A DNA stretch of 64,000 bases from NCBI RefSeq assembly GCF_009914755.1, contig NC_060929.1; one strand, given 5' to 3'. A program made the translations under genes and the position numbers. Positions 1-12,592 of the stretch are shown piece after piece. This DNA is from the human T2T-CHM13v2.0 reference genome, Homo sapiens. Position 1 is the first letter of the stretch. The number at the start of each line of letters is the position of its first letter. Under the pieces are notes generated by a model, which ran no database searches, was not told where the DNA came from, and saw only the letters and a list, made by a program, of their open reading frames with translations.

Positions 1-85
1 GCTGAGATCACACCACTGCACTCCAGCCTGGGCGACACAGCAAGACTCCACCTCAAAAAAATAAAAAATAAATAAATAAATAAAA
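1..85 (+). mobile_element. Alu 3' end with A-rich tail, cut by the window edge
   Basis: gctgagatcacaccactgcactccagcctgggcgacacagcaagactcc followed by an (aaat)n tail. Confidence 0.95.
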
Positions 86-1231
86 GACGGAAAAGCTATG
101 TTCTTAACATTTTTGAAATGATAATTCATACTAAAAAATGTTACCAATATTAATGCACAAAGCATTTTATAAGTTTTAGACTATTAATAAAAGATACTAA
201 AACTGAATTTAAGTATTTGTAGCCATAATTAACACTATAAGTTTGTATACTTATAATGTAGCAACTAATTATCCAAAAATTTAATAAATGACAAAATAAA
301 ATTTTGCAAACAGATTTGTAATAACCAGAAAGAAATCTGTATTGGCAATTAATGTAACATAATAAAAATAATTTGTTATGGTCATCTGCTAAATGCTAAT
401 TAATGTAAAATGTTAAAAGATTATCTTAATTATGACATCTTAATTTTTAATGGTTTTAAATATTATAAATATAATAAGGGGTTTCTAAATTTAAAAGAGG
501 AACGACTAAATTTTTCAGAATTAGTTCATATTTCTTGTTGTACAATATAAGAACACCATTCCACTTTTCCTGTTAGATTAGGAACCCTCCCTTATTATCT
601 CACTGAAGGAGAATGCTGGATGGTGCTACAAAGAAGGCAATCTAAGGACTCCAGAACTGAAGTGGCACTGCATGTCACTTCCCTAACTCAACTGAAAAAG
701 CAGACAAAAACCTAGCGTTTTCTACCCTCAAGCCAGCAAGAAACACAGTCCAGGTAAGCTCGTTTCTTCCCCAGTGGAGCGGGAGTCTATCCAACAAGAG
801 GCAACCATTCTGCCATGATCTTAGAGTAGAACTGTTCAGAAGTTTGCTAACAATAAGCAGCCAACATAGACACATTCTTTCTCTAGTAAATCTAAAATTC
901 CCTTTTTCCCCAGAGGCACTGGGGTGCCTGAGGGGCATGTAGCAAAAGTGACCCCAGCCACACCACGCAAACTAGCCAGGAAACCTTTTTGTCTTCACAG
1001 ATCTGAGAGTCCCTGAGAACCCAGAGACAACACAGAGGCAGCAGGACATGAACAGGAGAGTCCCAGCATCAGTTCCTGGCCATAGAATCCCTCCTGAGCA
1101 GCAGGCAGGACAGAACCCCTTTCAGCAACCAGCCTGCCGGAGAAGCCTCTGCCCCTGTGGTGTGAGGATCCACTTCCCCCAGGTGACACCATGGGCAGGT
1201 GGGCTGAAGAAGTGGGAAGGCCAAATCGACT

Positions 1232-1431
1232 GGCCCAGGAGGATGCCTCTTTGATGATACAGGTGACACAGGTCTAAGCCTCCCTTCTTCCACAGGAGGC
1301 CCAGCCAGGATGCCTCTTTGATGATACAGGTGACACAGGTCTAAGCCTCCCTTCTTCCACAGGAGGCCCAGCCAGGATGCCTCTTTGATGATACAGGTGA
1401 CACAGGTCTAAGCCTCCCTTCTTCCACAGGA
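1232..1431. repeat. 66/67-bp tandem repeat, 3 near-identical copies
   Basis: ggcccag(cc/g)aggatgcctctttgatgatacaggtgacacaggtctaagcctcccttcttccacagga starts at 1232, 1298 and 1365. Confidence 0.95.
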
Positions 1432-2739
1432 GAAACTAGGTGGCCCAGAGGCTGCCCAGAGGTAGGGGATCTGCCACAGCAGCCACCCTCCTGGGAGGTT
1501 CCCTTTCTTCTCCTTGATGAACTCCCTCCAACACACACCTTCCCAGGAAAGCACCCTTTATCTTGCATGGGAAGGGGATCCCACCACACCAAAACCCAGC
1601 CAAAGAAGCCTTTTGTTCCTTAAGGGATAAGTTATCAAAACAAACACAAGCAAAAAGACACACAACTAGTCACCCCCTAAATTCTGTTAAGAATGAGACA
1701 ATGCTGCCACTCACTCCTGGCTCAGGCACCAGCAGGAGGAGGACACCCTCCAGAAACTGCAGAAGAAAGGGGAGGACTCCTCCTTGCCCTGGCTGCACCT
1801 CCACCACTGTCACTGAGGCCTGCAGTACAGAACCAGCAGCTTCCTACACACCCCAGGCCAGGCCAGGCCCCAAAGCTCTCCTACTCCCCCTTCCCGGCCC
1901 CCAGACTTGCTGCTGTTACCACTATTACCGCCGATGCCAACACAACCAGTGCTTCTGTCACCTTCCATGCACCCACCCACCCTCCAGGGCTCCTTCCACC
2001 TGGCCTCCACGGGCACCCTCCTACCATTCCTGTCGAGCTGCAGTCTCCATCGCTGTCGCTGCCACAACCACAGGAAGTGAGCCACAGAGCCACGCCATCT
2101 ACAGGCTCCAACCTCCAGCTCACCACAGGTGACTCCTACTTCACCAGCCTGGCTTGGAACAGCTGGAGAGGAAAAGCCAGAAAAACCTACAACGGGATGC
2201 AGAAAGTGGTAGTGTTAAAGCCTCGCCTTGTCATGCTGGCCACTGGGTGGCAGCGGCCAGTTTCAGCAAAGGCATTCACACTCACCTGCCAAAGTCCAGC
2301 CTCTCCTCCTGGCCCAAGCTGGCCTCCTGACCTGGGGTGGGGACTGGAGACACCACAGTGCCCAACACTCCCTGGGGAGCAGGAACAGCAGAAACTCACA
2401 CTCAGCCAGTACTCCCCACCCAAGTACTGGTTCCCATTCCTGACTCCTCCACCCACAGGCCCTGAGCCCCCGTGGTGCCCACTACTCCTGCTCCATGCCT
2501 GGAGGTCCCAGATGGTCTCCACAACATGGAGCGAGAGGGCAAGGGCTGGGGAACCACAGTGGGTGTGGGGGCCCTGCCATGCTTAGAGGATTGGCATGAA
2601 AACTCTGTGCGCCCGCCACACTCCCACACGAGCAGGAGGAGTTCTCTCTCTAGAGCCCTGAGTCTGAGAAAAGGAGAAGGTCCCCTTCCTCGGAGGCAAC
2701 CGTTGTCCCGGCCACCTCCACAACCTGCCTCTGGTGGCA

Positions 2740-3490
2740 GCAGTGCAGACCCCGATAGCGCCCCTAACCTGGCCCCCGCTGCCGGCAATGCAGCCCCCGG
2801 ATTGCACCCACAACACACCCAGAGACTACCGTAGTAGGCAATGTAACCCCAATAGTGCCCCCAAACCACCACTCTGCCCCCAGCAGTGTAGCATTTGATG
2901 GTGTCCACAGCCCGTCCCACTACCGGCATTGCAGCACCTGACAGCGCCCCAAACCAGCCCCCCACCAGGGCCACAGGCAGCACAGCCCTGGATAGCGCCC
3001 CCAACCTGCTCCCATCGTGGGCAGTGAATGCCCAGGATAGTGCACCCAACCAAACCCCCCACCCCACCTTCCCCTTTCCCCCTTCCCCCACAAGCACTGC
3101 AGCATTTGACAGCTCCCCTAAACCTCCCCCGACTGCCGGCCCACATTGTTGCTGGCATTGTAGCCCAGGATAGCACACCCAACCTGCCCCCTGCCTCTGG
3201 CAGTGCAGCAAATAACACCCCTAACCTGCCCCCATGAGCCGCTGGCTGTGCACAATAGCGCACACAACCTGCCTCCAACCCCTCGACCTTGGGCACTGTA
3301 GGCCCTGATAACTCAGCCAACCTGCCCCCCACCCCCACAGCAATGCAATGCCAGATAGCGCCCCCACCAGCCCCTCCCTACCCCTGCGGCAGGCACTGCA
3401 GCCTCAACAGCTTACCAAATATGCCTCCCCAACCCCCTGCAGGAGGGCAGTGCAGCCGCAAAGAGTGCACCTACCCGGCAAACTTTCTAC
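2740..3490. repeat. Diverged C-rich ~45-bp tandem repeat containing degenerate CCCTAACC (subtelomeric/pericentromeric type)
   Basis: Recurring gcagtgcagccc..gatagcgcccc(t)aacctgccccc units. Confidence 0.8.
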
Positions 3491-3499
3491 CACTCTAAC

Positions 3500-4240
3500 A
3501 GACCTGCAGTCTCGGTCGCCACCACCAACCGCAGCCAGAGGAGCCTCGGTGGCCAAGGCTCCAGCCTCCAGCGTGGAGCAGGGGGCCCCCCTTCTTCTAG
3601 ACTGCTAGCCAGTCAAGAGCAGCTCCCGCTGCCATCCTCCCTTCTACCGCTCTGGCCGTGCTGCCTGCTGTCTCTGTCACCACCGCCAACTGTAGCGAGG
3701 CGAGCCACAGTGTTGCAGGCTCCAGCATCCAGCTCCCCCTTCTCTTGATCTGCTAAACTAGGAACAGAGTAGCTCCGCCGGCCGATTTAGGAAAGCCTAG
3801 GATGGCGTGAGGCCTCCTCAGCATGCACATGGGGTTATGCACAAGGATTCTGAACTACATGTTCTGATTGGATGAGAGAAAACCTCTAGACCTTCTCCGA
3901 TTGGACTTTATTTCATACGCTGACTGGTTGTCCTAAGACTTGCTCTCATCCAATCAGAACATGCTAACAAAGTCCAATCAGAGTAGGCCTCTGCGTTTTC
4001 TCTTACCCAATCCTGGAACATGTAGTCCAGGAACCTCATATGCATAACCTCAGTATATAAATGGTGCTGAAGGGGTGTCAGGCCGTTCTAGGCTCATGCG
4101 TGTCTGCGCGCGGGGCTGCTCCGTTCCCGGCTTAGAGGACCAGGACAAGGGCTAGCCACCGCTGCATGCTGGAGGCTGTGGCTGCGGCACCACAGCTCGC
4201 CTCGCTGCGGTTGGTGGCAGCGACGGAGACTGCAGTGTGG
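3500..4240. repeat. Largely palindromic GC-rich element, REP522-like
   Basis: Arm ctgcagtctcggtcgccaccaccaaccgcagc (~3504) is the approximate reverse complement of gctgcggttggtggcagcgacggagactgcag (~4204). There are inner inverted repeats at 3833-4049. The family name is from recall of REP522 as a palindromic repeat in duplicated regions. Confidence 0.6.
3855..4062. promoter_or_regulatory. Cluster of CCAAT boxes in both orientations plus a TATA box
   Basis: GATTGG at 3866 and 3899; CCAAT at ~3950, ~3974 and ~4007; TATATAAA at 4054-4061. Confidence 0.45.
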
Positions 4241-4249
4241 CTGGAGCGG

Positions 4250-5565
4250 TAGGAAGGGGAAAATAGTTTTGGGGTAGATGGAGGAGTAAAGAGGGTGGTT
4301 AGTGCCAAAGGGAAAAGAGGATGGCGAGCAGGAGAAGGTGTTGCAAAAAAGACAGTGAGGAAAAGACGGTGGGGAAAAAATGTTGGGGGTAGGTGGAGGG
4401 GGAAAAACGGTGGTGAACAGGAGGGAGAGAAGGTTTTGCGGAAAGATGGTGGGGAAAAAGTTTTTGGGTAGATGGAAGGGGGAAAGAGAGGGTGGTGGGG
4501 GGAACGGGGGTGAGCAGGAGGGAGAGAAAGTTTGCAAAAATACAGTTGGGAAAAAAAGAAAGGGAAAGAAGAGGGTGGATAAAAAGATTTTGAGTAGATG
4601 GAGCGGGAAAAAGGGGTGGCAAGTGGGAGGAGAAAAGAGGGTGCAGAGAGGGAGGGGGAGGAGAGAGTGGCGAGCAGGAGGGAGAGAAGGTTTTGTGAAA
4701 AGGCAGTGAGGAGAGAAGCTTTTAAGTAGATGGAGGGGAAAAGAGGGTGGCAAGCGGGAGAAAGATAAAGAGGGTGGCGAGCAGGGAGAAAAGGTTTTGG
4801 GAAAAACCAGTGGGCAGAAAAGAAAGTGCGGAAAGAAAACACGGTGGGTAGAAAGTGGGTAGATGGAGGGGGAAAAGAGGGTGGCAAGTGAGAGGAGAAT
4901 AGAAGGTGCCCGGGGGAGTGGGGAGAGTTGGGAAAATGATGATAGGGAAAATAGTTTGGGGTAGATGGAGGGCAAAAAGAGGGTGGCAAACAGGATAGAG
5001 GAAAGAAGAGGGTGAGCGGGAAGCAGGGAAGGCCTTTGTGAAAAGACGGTGGGGGAAAATTGGGGAGGTAGATGGGTAAACGAGGGTGGTAAGGAGGAGT
5101 AGGAAGGCGGCTTTGCAAAAAGATGGCTGGGATGTTTTTGGGTAGATGGAGAAGGGAAAGAGGATGGCAAGGAGGAAAGAAGAAAAAGACGATGGGGAAA
5201 CAGTTTTTGGGTAGATGGAGGGGGAAGGAGGGTGGCGAGCAGCAGGAGTGGAGAGAAGGCTTTGGTAAGAGATGGGAGAAAATGTATTTGGGGAGATGAA
5301 GGAACAAAAGAGGGTGATGAGAGCCGGAGGGGCAAAAAAGGGTGGCCAGGGAGAGGGAGAAAAGACGGTGGGGAAAAGTTTTTGGGTAGATGGGTGGGGA
5401 AAACAGTAGTGAGCGGGTGAGTAGAGAAGGCTTTGCGAAAAGATGGTGGGGGAAAAAGTTTTGGGGTAGATGGAGGAAGAAAAAGGGTGGCGAAAGAGAG
5501 GGGGCCAAAGGTCGTCGGGAAAAAAAGATGGGGAAATAATGGTGGGGGACAAAGGTTTTGAGTAG
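4250..5565. repeat. Purine-rich diverged tandem array, irregular ~70-130-bp spacing
   Basis: Repeated tttttgggtagatggagggggaaaagagggtggcgagcagg..gagaagg..ttgcaaaaagacggtggg; the + strand is almost all G/A. Confidence 0.9.
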
Positions 5566-5569
5566 ATCT

Positions 5570-7745
5570 TTTTCTGATTTTTAAATCAGATTATTTGTAT
5601 TTTTGCTTTTGAGTAGCTTCAGTTCTTTATATGTTTTGTGTATTAAGCCTTTGCCTGATGTATAGTTTGCAAATACTTCCATTGTCTGGTTTGTTTCTTC
5701 ATTCTATTGATTGCTTCCTCTGCTTTGCAGAAGCTTTTAAGTTTAATGTAATTGCATTTCTCTATTTTGGCTTTTGTTGCTTGTGCTTTTGATGTCTGTT
5801 TCAAAATCCCTTGTCCTAACCAATTCCATGAAGTATTTATCCTATGTCTTCTTCTCTAGTAGTTTCATAGTTTCAGGTTCTACATGTCAATCTTTGAGTA
5901 GATTTTTGTATATGGTAAGATAAAGATCTAAATTTATTCTCGTACGTGTGGGTGTTGTGTTTTCCTAGCGTTTACTGAAGAGATTGTCCTTCCCAAAGGT
6001 GTGTTCTTGGTGCCTTTGTTAAAAATGAGTTGACTGTAAATGCGTGAATTTATTTCTGAGTTCTCTACACTGTTTCATTTGTCTTTGTCTCTGTCATTCA
6101 TCTATGTCTGTCTGTCTGTCTCTGTCTCTCCTTGCCCCTTTTTTTGCCAGTTCCATGGTATTTTGGTAGTATATTTTGAAACCAGGTATTGTGATGCCTC
6201 CAGCTTTTTTCTTTTTATTCAAGATTATTTTATCTGAGGTATTTTGCATTTCCATGTGAATTTTAGAATTTTTTTTCTATTTCTATGAAGAATGTGTTTT
6301 GTAATTTAACGTGGATTGCATTGATTCTGTAGCTCACATTGGGTGATACAGATATTTTACCAATATTCTTCTAGTGCTTGGACATGGGATATCTGTCCAT
6401 TTACATGTGTCTGCTTTAATATTTTTCATCTATGTTTTATAATTTTGTTGTGGGATCTTTAACCTTTTTGGTTATCTCTAGGTATTTTTTTGGTGGTAGC
6501 AGTAATGAAATAGCTTTCTTGATTTCTTTCTTAGGTGTTTCACTATTGGCGCATGCGTGTGCTACTCATTTTTGTATATTGATATTTTGTCTGGTAACTT
6601 TACTATATTTATTGTTTCTAGTAGGTTTTGTTGTATAATCTCTAGGATTCTCTCCATATGTAAAAGATCATGTCACTTGCAAACAGAGACAATTTGAATT
6701 CCTTTTTTCCCATTTGGATGCTTTTTATTGCATTCTCCTGTCTAATTGCTCTAGCTCAGACTTCCAGTACTATGATGAATAAAAGTGGTAAAAGTAGCCA
6801 CACTTGGGCCAGGCACAGTGGCTCATGCCTGTAATCCCAGCACTTTGGGAGGCCGAGGTGGGCGGATCACGAGGTCAGGAGATCAAGACCATCCTGGCTA
6901 ACAGAGTGAAACCCCGTCTCTACTAAAAATACAAAAAAAAAAAAAAAAGCTGGGCGTGGTGGCAGGCGCCTGTAGTCCCAGCTACTCAGGAGGCTGAGGC
7001 AGGAGAATGGCGTGAACCTGGGAGGTAGAGCTTGCGGTGAGCTGAGATCACGCCACTGCACTCCAGCCTAGGTGACAGAGCAAGAATCCATCTCAAAAAA
7101 AAAAGTAGCCACACTTGTTCCAGATCTTAGAGGAAGAGCTTTTAACTTTTTCCCATTGTTTATGATGTTAGCTGTGTTTTTGTCATATATGGCCTTTATT
7201 GTGCTGAGATATGTTTTTTTTCTGTACTCATTTTGTTGAATTTTTATTATGAAGGAATGTTTAATTTTTTTCAGCATCTACCGAAATGATTATATGGTTT
7301 TTTCTTTGATTCACTGAATGTGGTGTAGCACATTTATTTATTTGTGTTTATTGAATCATCCTCATATTCCTGGGATGAATCCCACTTGATTATGGCAAAT
7401 GATATTTTTATTGTCTTGTCAAATGCATTTTTCAAGTATTTTGCTGAGGATTTTTGCATCTGTGTTCATCAGGAGTGCTTCCCTGTGGTTTTCTTTTTGT
7501 GTTGTGTTTTGGTCTGCTTTTTGTACCAAGGTAATTCTGGCCTCATAGAACAAGTTTGGAAGCATTCCTTCCTCTTCATTCTTTGGGGGAATGTTTTGGT
7601 AAAATTGGTATTAGCTCTTTTAAAACATTTGGTTGAATTCAGCAGTAAAACCATGATTCTTGTGGGTTTCTTTGACGGGAGACTTTTTATTACTGCTTTA
7701 ATTGCATTACTCATTATTGGTCTGTTCAGGTTTCTTATTTTTCTA
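5570..7745 (-). mobile_element. Old L1 (L1M/L1MA-MB type) ORF2/3' fragment
   Basis: Degraded ORF2 peptides on the - strand, e.g. [27 protein letters not shown] and IKAVIKSLPSKK; T-rich + strand. Confidence 0.85.
6807..7100 (+). mobile_element. AluY with TSD, inserted in the old L1
   Basis: Full dimer with accatcctggctaac; TSD aaaagtagccacacttg at 6790-6806 and 7101-7117. Confidence 0.95.
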
Positions 7746-8136
7746 TCATTCTATCCACATCAGCCCAGGGATGCAGGGGAGGTCCCAGCAAGTGGCCACG
7801 CCAGCTGCTGCCCTTCTCCCCTGGCCATTGACACATCTGGTTCACCTCAGCATCCCTAGGTGTTACGAGGAGGGCAGAGTGTAGCCAGCCCTGGCCTGGG
7901 AATGCACCAACACGGGGTCCCTGGTGAGTCCAGAGCTGGGGCTGCAGCTAGAACTTCAGGGCAAGAGAGACCCCATGCCCTTCACTTCCTGGTCCCGGTC
8001 CTGAGGTTCCAGGAGTGGGATCAGAGTGGGCACCCGTGAGAAGCTGGTGGCATGGGAGGGCTGTGCGTTCTGGTGAGGCACCGTGTCCCCACTGCTGTGC
8101 TGTCTGACAGGCCCCTGTCTCTCTTCTTGCTCCTGG

Positions 8137-8292
8137 GTGATAGCTGTGGTCATGGACATGTTCACCCATGTGGACATCTTTTATGCCGGCTTCAAGAGGA
8201 AAGCAGCTTTGTACATCATCGTGGACGGGAGTAAAGTCAAGTACGTTCTGCATATGTGTGAGCAGACCCGCATGCACCTGGGGCACCTCAAG
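8137..8292 (+). pseudogene. FAM83G: Orphan duplicated exon of FAM83G (DUF1669 domain), unprocessed fragment
   Basis: Translates [52 protein letters not shown], versus recalled FAM83G [56 protein letters not shown]. The donor AAG|gtgagc is intact, the acceptor reads cctgg instead of AG, and 12 nt are deleted. Confidence 0.85.
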
Positions 8293-8797
8293 GTGAGCAG
8301 GCTCCTCACTTGCCTACGTGGCCAGATGGCAGGAGTCATTCAGTTTGTCAAACACCTCGAGTACCTGCCTGCTCTGGACGGAGTCCTGTGCCAGGCACTC
8401 AGAGTCCAGTAATCCTAGAGCCTCTGCTTGAATTCCCTGAGGGACAGGATACTTGCCATGTCTGATGGGACAGAGATAAGATAAACATTGATGAGGCGCT
8501 TGCTGACCAGGTGCTGGAGCTCATGCCAAGTGCTGCATCATATGTTATTTCAGAGCAGCCCATGCCACATTGGTTACCTGTCTGCTTGCATACCCCTGGT
8601 CATAGTGTGCTCACTATGTCCTCAGGTAGCTCGTGGCCTATCTGGAGAGATTCAGTTCCCAGGAAGTCTTTCTTGGGTTAAGCCAAAACCTGTCTCCTTA
8701 GAATGTCCATTTACTGGTTTTAGGATCTGGCTCAGACAGAAGCAGCTCTCCCTCAGGCTGAGGCCAGGGAAGGCTTCCTTGATGTCTGCACAGTTGA

Positions 8798-9324
<527 letters not shown>

Positions 9325-9326
9325 TA

Positions 9327-9472
9327 GTGTCTGGCTAATTTTTTTGTATTTTTAGTAGAGACAAGAGTTTCACCATGTTGGGCAGGCTGGTTTCGAACTC
9401 CTGACCTTGTGATCCATCCACCTTGGTCTCTGAAAGTGCTGGGATTACAGGTGTAAGCCACCGTGCCCAGCC
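9327..9472 (-). mobile_element. Alu left-monomer fragment
   Basis: ctaattttttgtatttttagtagagac...gctgggattacaggtgtaagccaccgtgcccagcc. Confidence 0.9.
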
Positions 9473-9691
9473 AATAAAAGCCAGTTTTAAAACTGAAAAA
9501 ACAGCTTTGAAATTGAGGGCTGCATTTTTACAGAGAATATTTTCCAGCATGTGCAATCTAACATAGTAGCACTATACTCCTCACTTAAACAGACTAGCTT
9601 TTATAATGAATGATTTTGTTTTAAAATGTGAGTAACAGCACACCAGGGGCTGTGACAGCATGATCGCTTCTGTTAACATCTCTTTCTAATA

Positions 9692-10221
9692 CCGTAGTCC
9701 CACGTAAGCTGCATTTGGCTTTCACGGTTTCACTTACCTACAGGCAATCCTGGTCTGAAAACATTAAATGAAAAATCCACAGATAAACAACTGACAAGTT
9801 TTAACTTGCTGTGCTGTTCCAAGTAGTGTGGTAGGAGCTCCTGTCATCCCCCTCTACTCAAGGCCCACCCAGGACGTGAATCATCTCTGCCCACAACATC
9901 TACCTGTCTACCTTCCCACTTGTTAGTCACTTAGCAGCTCTCTGGGTCGTCAAATACTCTGTTGAGATATCACGGTGTTTGTGTTCAAAGAAATCTTGTT
10001 TTACTTAATGGCCCCAAAGTGCAAAAGTACTGATGCTGGCAATTCAAAAATGCCAAAGAGAAGCCATAAAGTGTTCCTTTTAAGTGAAAAGGTGAAAGTT
10101 AATCATAGGGCATGCATGTGTAGAAACAAAGATAATCTATATTGGATTTAGTACTATCTGTGGTTTCAGGCATCCTCTGAAGATCTTGAAATGTATCCCC
10201 TATGGATAAAGGAGGACTACT
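9692..10221. mobile_element. MER44/Tigger7-type DNA transposon relic
   Basis: Termini ccgtagtccc and ggataaaggaggactacta, plus internal ggtctgaaaacattaaatgaaaaatcc matching the recalled MER44 consensus. Confidence 0.75.
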
Positions 10222-10432
10222 ATATTCTCAATGGATTTTGCAAGAAGAAAATTAATCATTCACAAAATATTTTAACCTTAGAATTTAAATAAATGTGTAT
10301 ATTCTCTACAAGTTAAACACAAATATTGTAATAACCTATGGCCACTTTTTCTTATTTTTATGCCATTTGAGTAATGACTGGTATTGATTTGCTGAGGTTC
10401 AAATTTTGAATTCTAGTTTTTCTTAAACATGA

Positions 10433-10690
<258 letters not shown>

Positions 10691-10697
10691 CTAAAAC

Positions 10698-12592
10698 CTG
10701 GGACCTGGTATAAGGCCTGGGTATCCACCCGGGGCTTGATTTTAGCAGGGGCCTGAAGTTCTTCTAGCACCTGGTGTCCACCTGAGGCCTGGGTGTCAGC
10801 CTGGGACCAGATGTCCAGCTGGGGCCTGAGTGTTTCTCGGTGCCTGAGGACTTCCTGGGCCCGGATGTCCACGTGGGACCTAGATGTGTACCTGGGGTCT
10901 AATGTTCACCAGGAGCCAAGGTATCTACCTGGGGCCTATGTCCACCCAGAGCCTGATATCCATTTGGAGTCAAGTGTCCACCTGGGGCCCAGGTGTCCTT
11001 CAGGAGCCTGGTTTTGACCTGGGGCCTCAGTGGACACTTGGGGCCTGATGTCCACCCGGTTCCTAGGTATCCTCCTGAGGCCTGGTGTGCTGCTGAGGCC
11101 TGGTTTCGGCCTGGTTTCTACCTGGGGTATGGGTATCCACCTGGTTACTGTTGCTTACCTAAGACCTGTTGTCCACCTTGGACCTCTTGATCCTCTGGGG
11201 CCTTGTGTCCACCTGTGCCCGGGTGTCAGCTTGGTACCTGATATCCACTTGGGGCCTCCACAGCCACCTGGGGCCTTGTGGTCCCTTGAAGCCTGAAGCC
11301 CTGGGTATAGGTATCCACCTGGGTCCTGGGTGTCCACTTGGGGCCACATGTCCAGCTCTGGTCTGAGTGTCCCCATGGGGCCTGATACGCACCAGGGGCC
11401 TAGGCATGTACTTGATGCCTGGTGTCCATATGGAGCGTGCTGTCCCATGAGGATTGATACTCAGATGGGGCCTGGTATCCACTTCGGGCCTATTGTACTC
11501 CTGGAGTCTGATACACATCCTGTGCCTGCTGCCTACATAGGGCCTCATGCTCCCCTTGAGCCTGGATGTCCACCTGAGTCCTTGGTATTCTCTGTGGGAT
11601 GGCTGTCCACCTGTGACTTTGTGTCCAGCTGTGGCCTGGGTGTGAGCCTGGTGCTTGATGGACACCTTGAGTCCGTGTGCACCTGGGGCCTTATGTCTAT
11701 CTGGGGACTAGTGTCTACTTGGAGCTGATGTCTATATAGGGACCGTGTGCTTATCCAGGACCCGATGTCCATCTGGAATCAGATGTTCCCTTGGGGTCAG
11801 GGTGTCCGTCTGGGGCCTAATTCTCACCAGGGACCTGCTGTTCACCAGGAGCCTAGGCATCCACCTGTGGCCTGCTGTCCACTTGGGGCCCCCTGTTCAC
11901 CTTGGCCCTGATACTTACTTGGGGCCTGGACATCCACTTGGAGCCTGGGGTTCAAGTGGCGCCTGGTGTTCCACCAAGATGCCTGATGTCCATCTGTGGC
12001 CAGGTTTCCACCTGGGGCCTGGTACGTACCTGGGGCCTCGGGTCCACCTGGGGCCTGGTATTTACCTGAGGCCTGGGCGTTCACCTGGGGCCTGATGTCT
12101 AGCTGGGGCCTCATATCCACCTGGGGCCTCCATGCCAAACTGCGACCTGATGTCCAGCGGAGGCCTGATGTCCATGCAGGAACTGGAGTCCCTCTGGGAC
12201 CTGTTGTCCACCCGGGGCCTGGTGTCCAACGTCCACCTTGAGTCCAGTGTGCACTTGGGGCCCGACGTTTTCCTGGGGCCTTTGTGTCCGCTGGGGCCTT
12301 ATGCCCACCTGGAGGGGGTGTGTCCCACGCACCCGCCCTTGTCCTGGGGAGAGTGTGTAGAGAGTTGCTCTGGCCCTGCCCCTTGTCATCTGGGAATTGC
12401 CCCTCCTGCCAACGCGGTGGGGAAGGTGTCATCTTGACTCAGGTGGGTGCTGGGTTTCAAACTGGGGCCTTATATTTACCTGGGGACTGCTGTCCATGTG
12501 GGGCCTGGTGTCCACGTAGGTGCTGGGTATTCACCTGGAGCCTCACGTCCACCTGGGGTCAAAAGTGTTCACCTGGGGCCCGATGTTACCTA
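10698..12592 (+). repeat. Diverged GC-rich satellite, 18-19-bp unit (ccacctggggcctgatgt / ccacctggggcctgggtgt), block 1
   Basis: Continuous degenerate tccacctggggcct units. Confidence 0.9.

Noticed and set aside
2740-3490. Interstitial telomere or CTCF array
   Set aside because: Only single degenerate CCCTAACC motifs and partial tagcgcccc matches; not enough to call either.
1563-3608. Long Pro/Ala-rich ORFs (297 aa, 269 aa and others)
   Set aside because: They are open in several frames on both strands over GC-rich repeats and show no recognisable domain or splice structure.
4094-5552. 413-, 458- and 276-aa - strand ORFs
   Set aside because: Artefacts of a pyrimidine-rich strand that lacks stop codons; all three frames are open.
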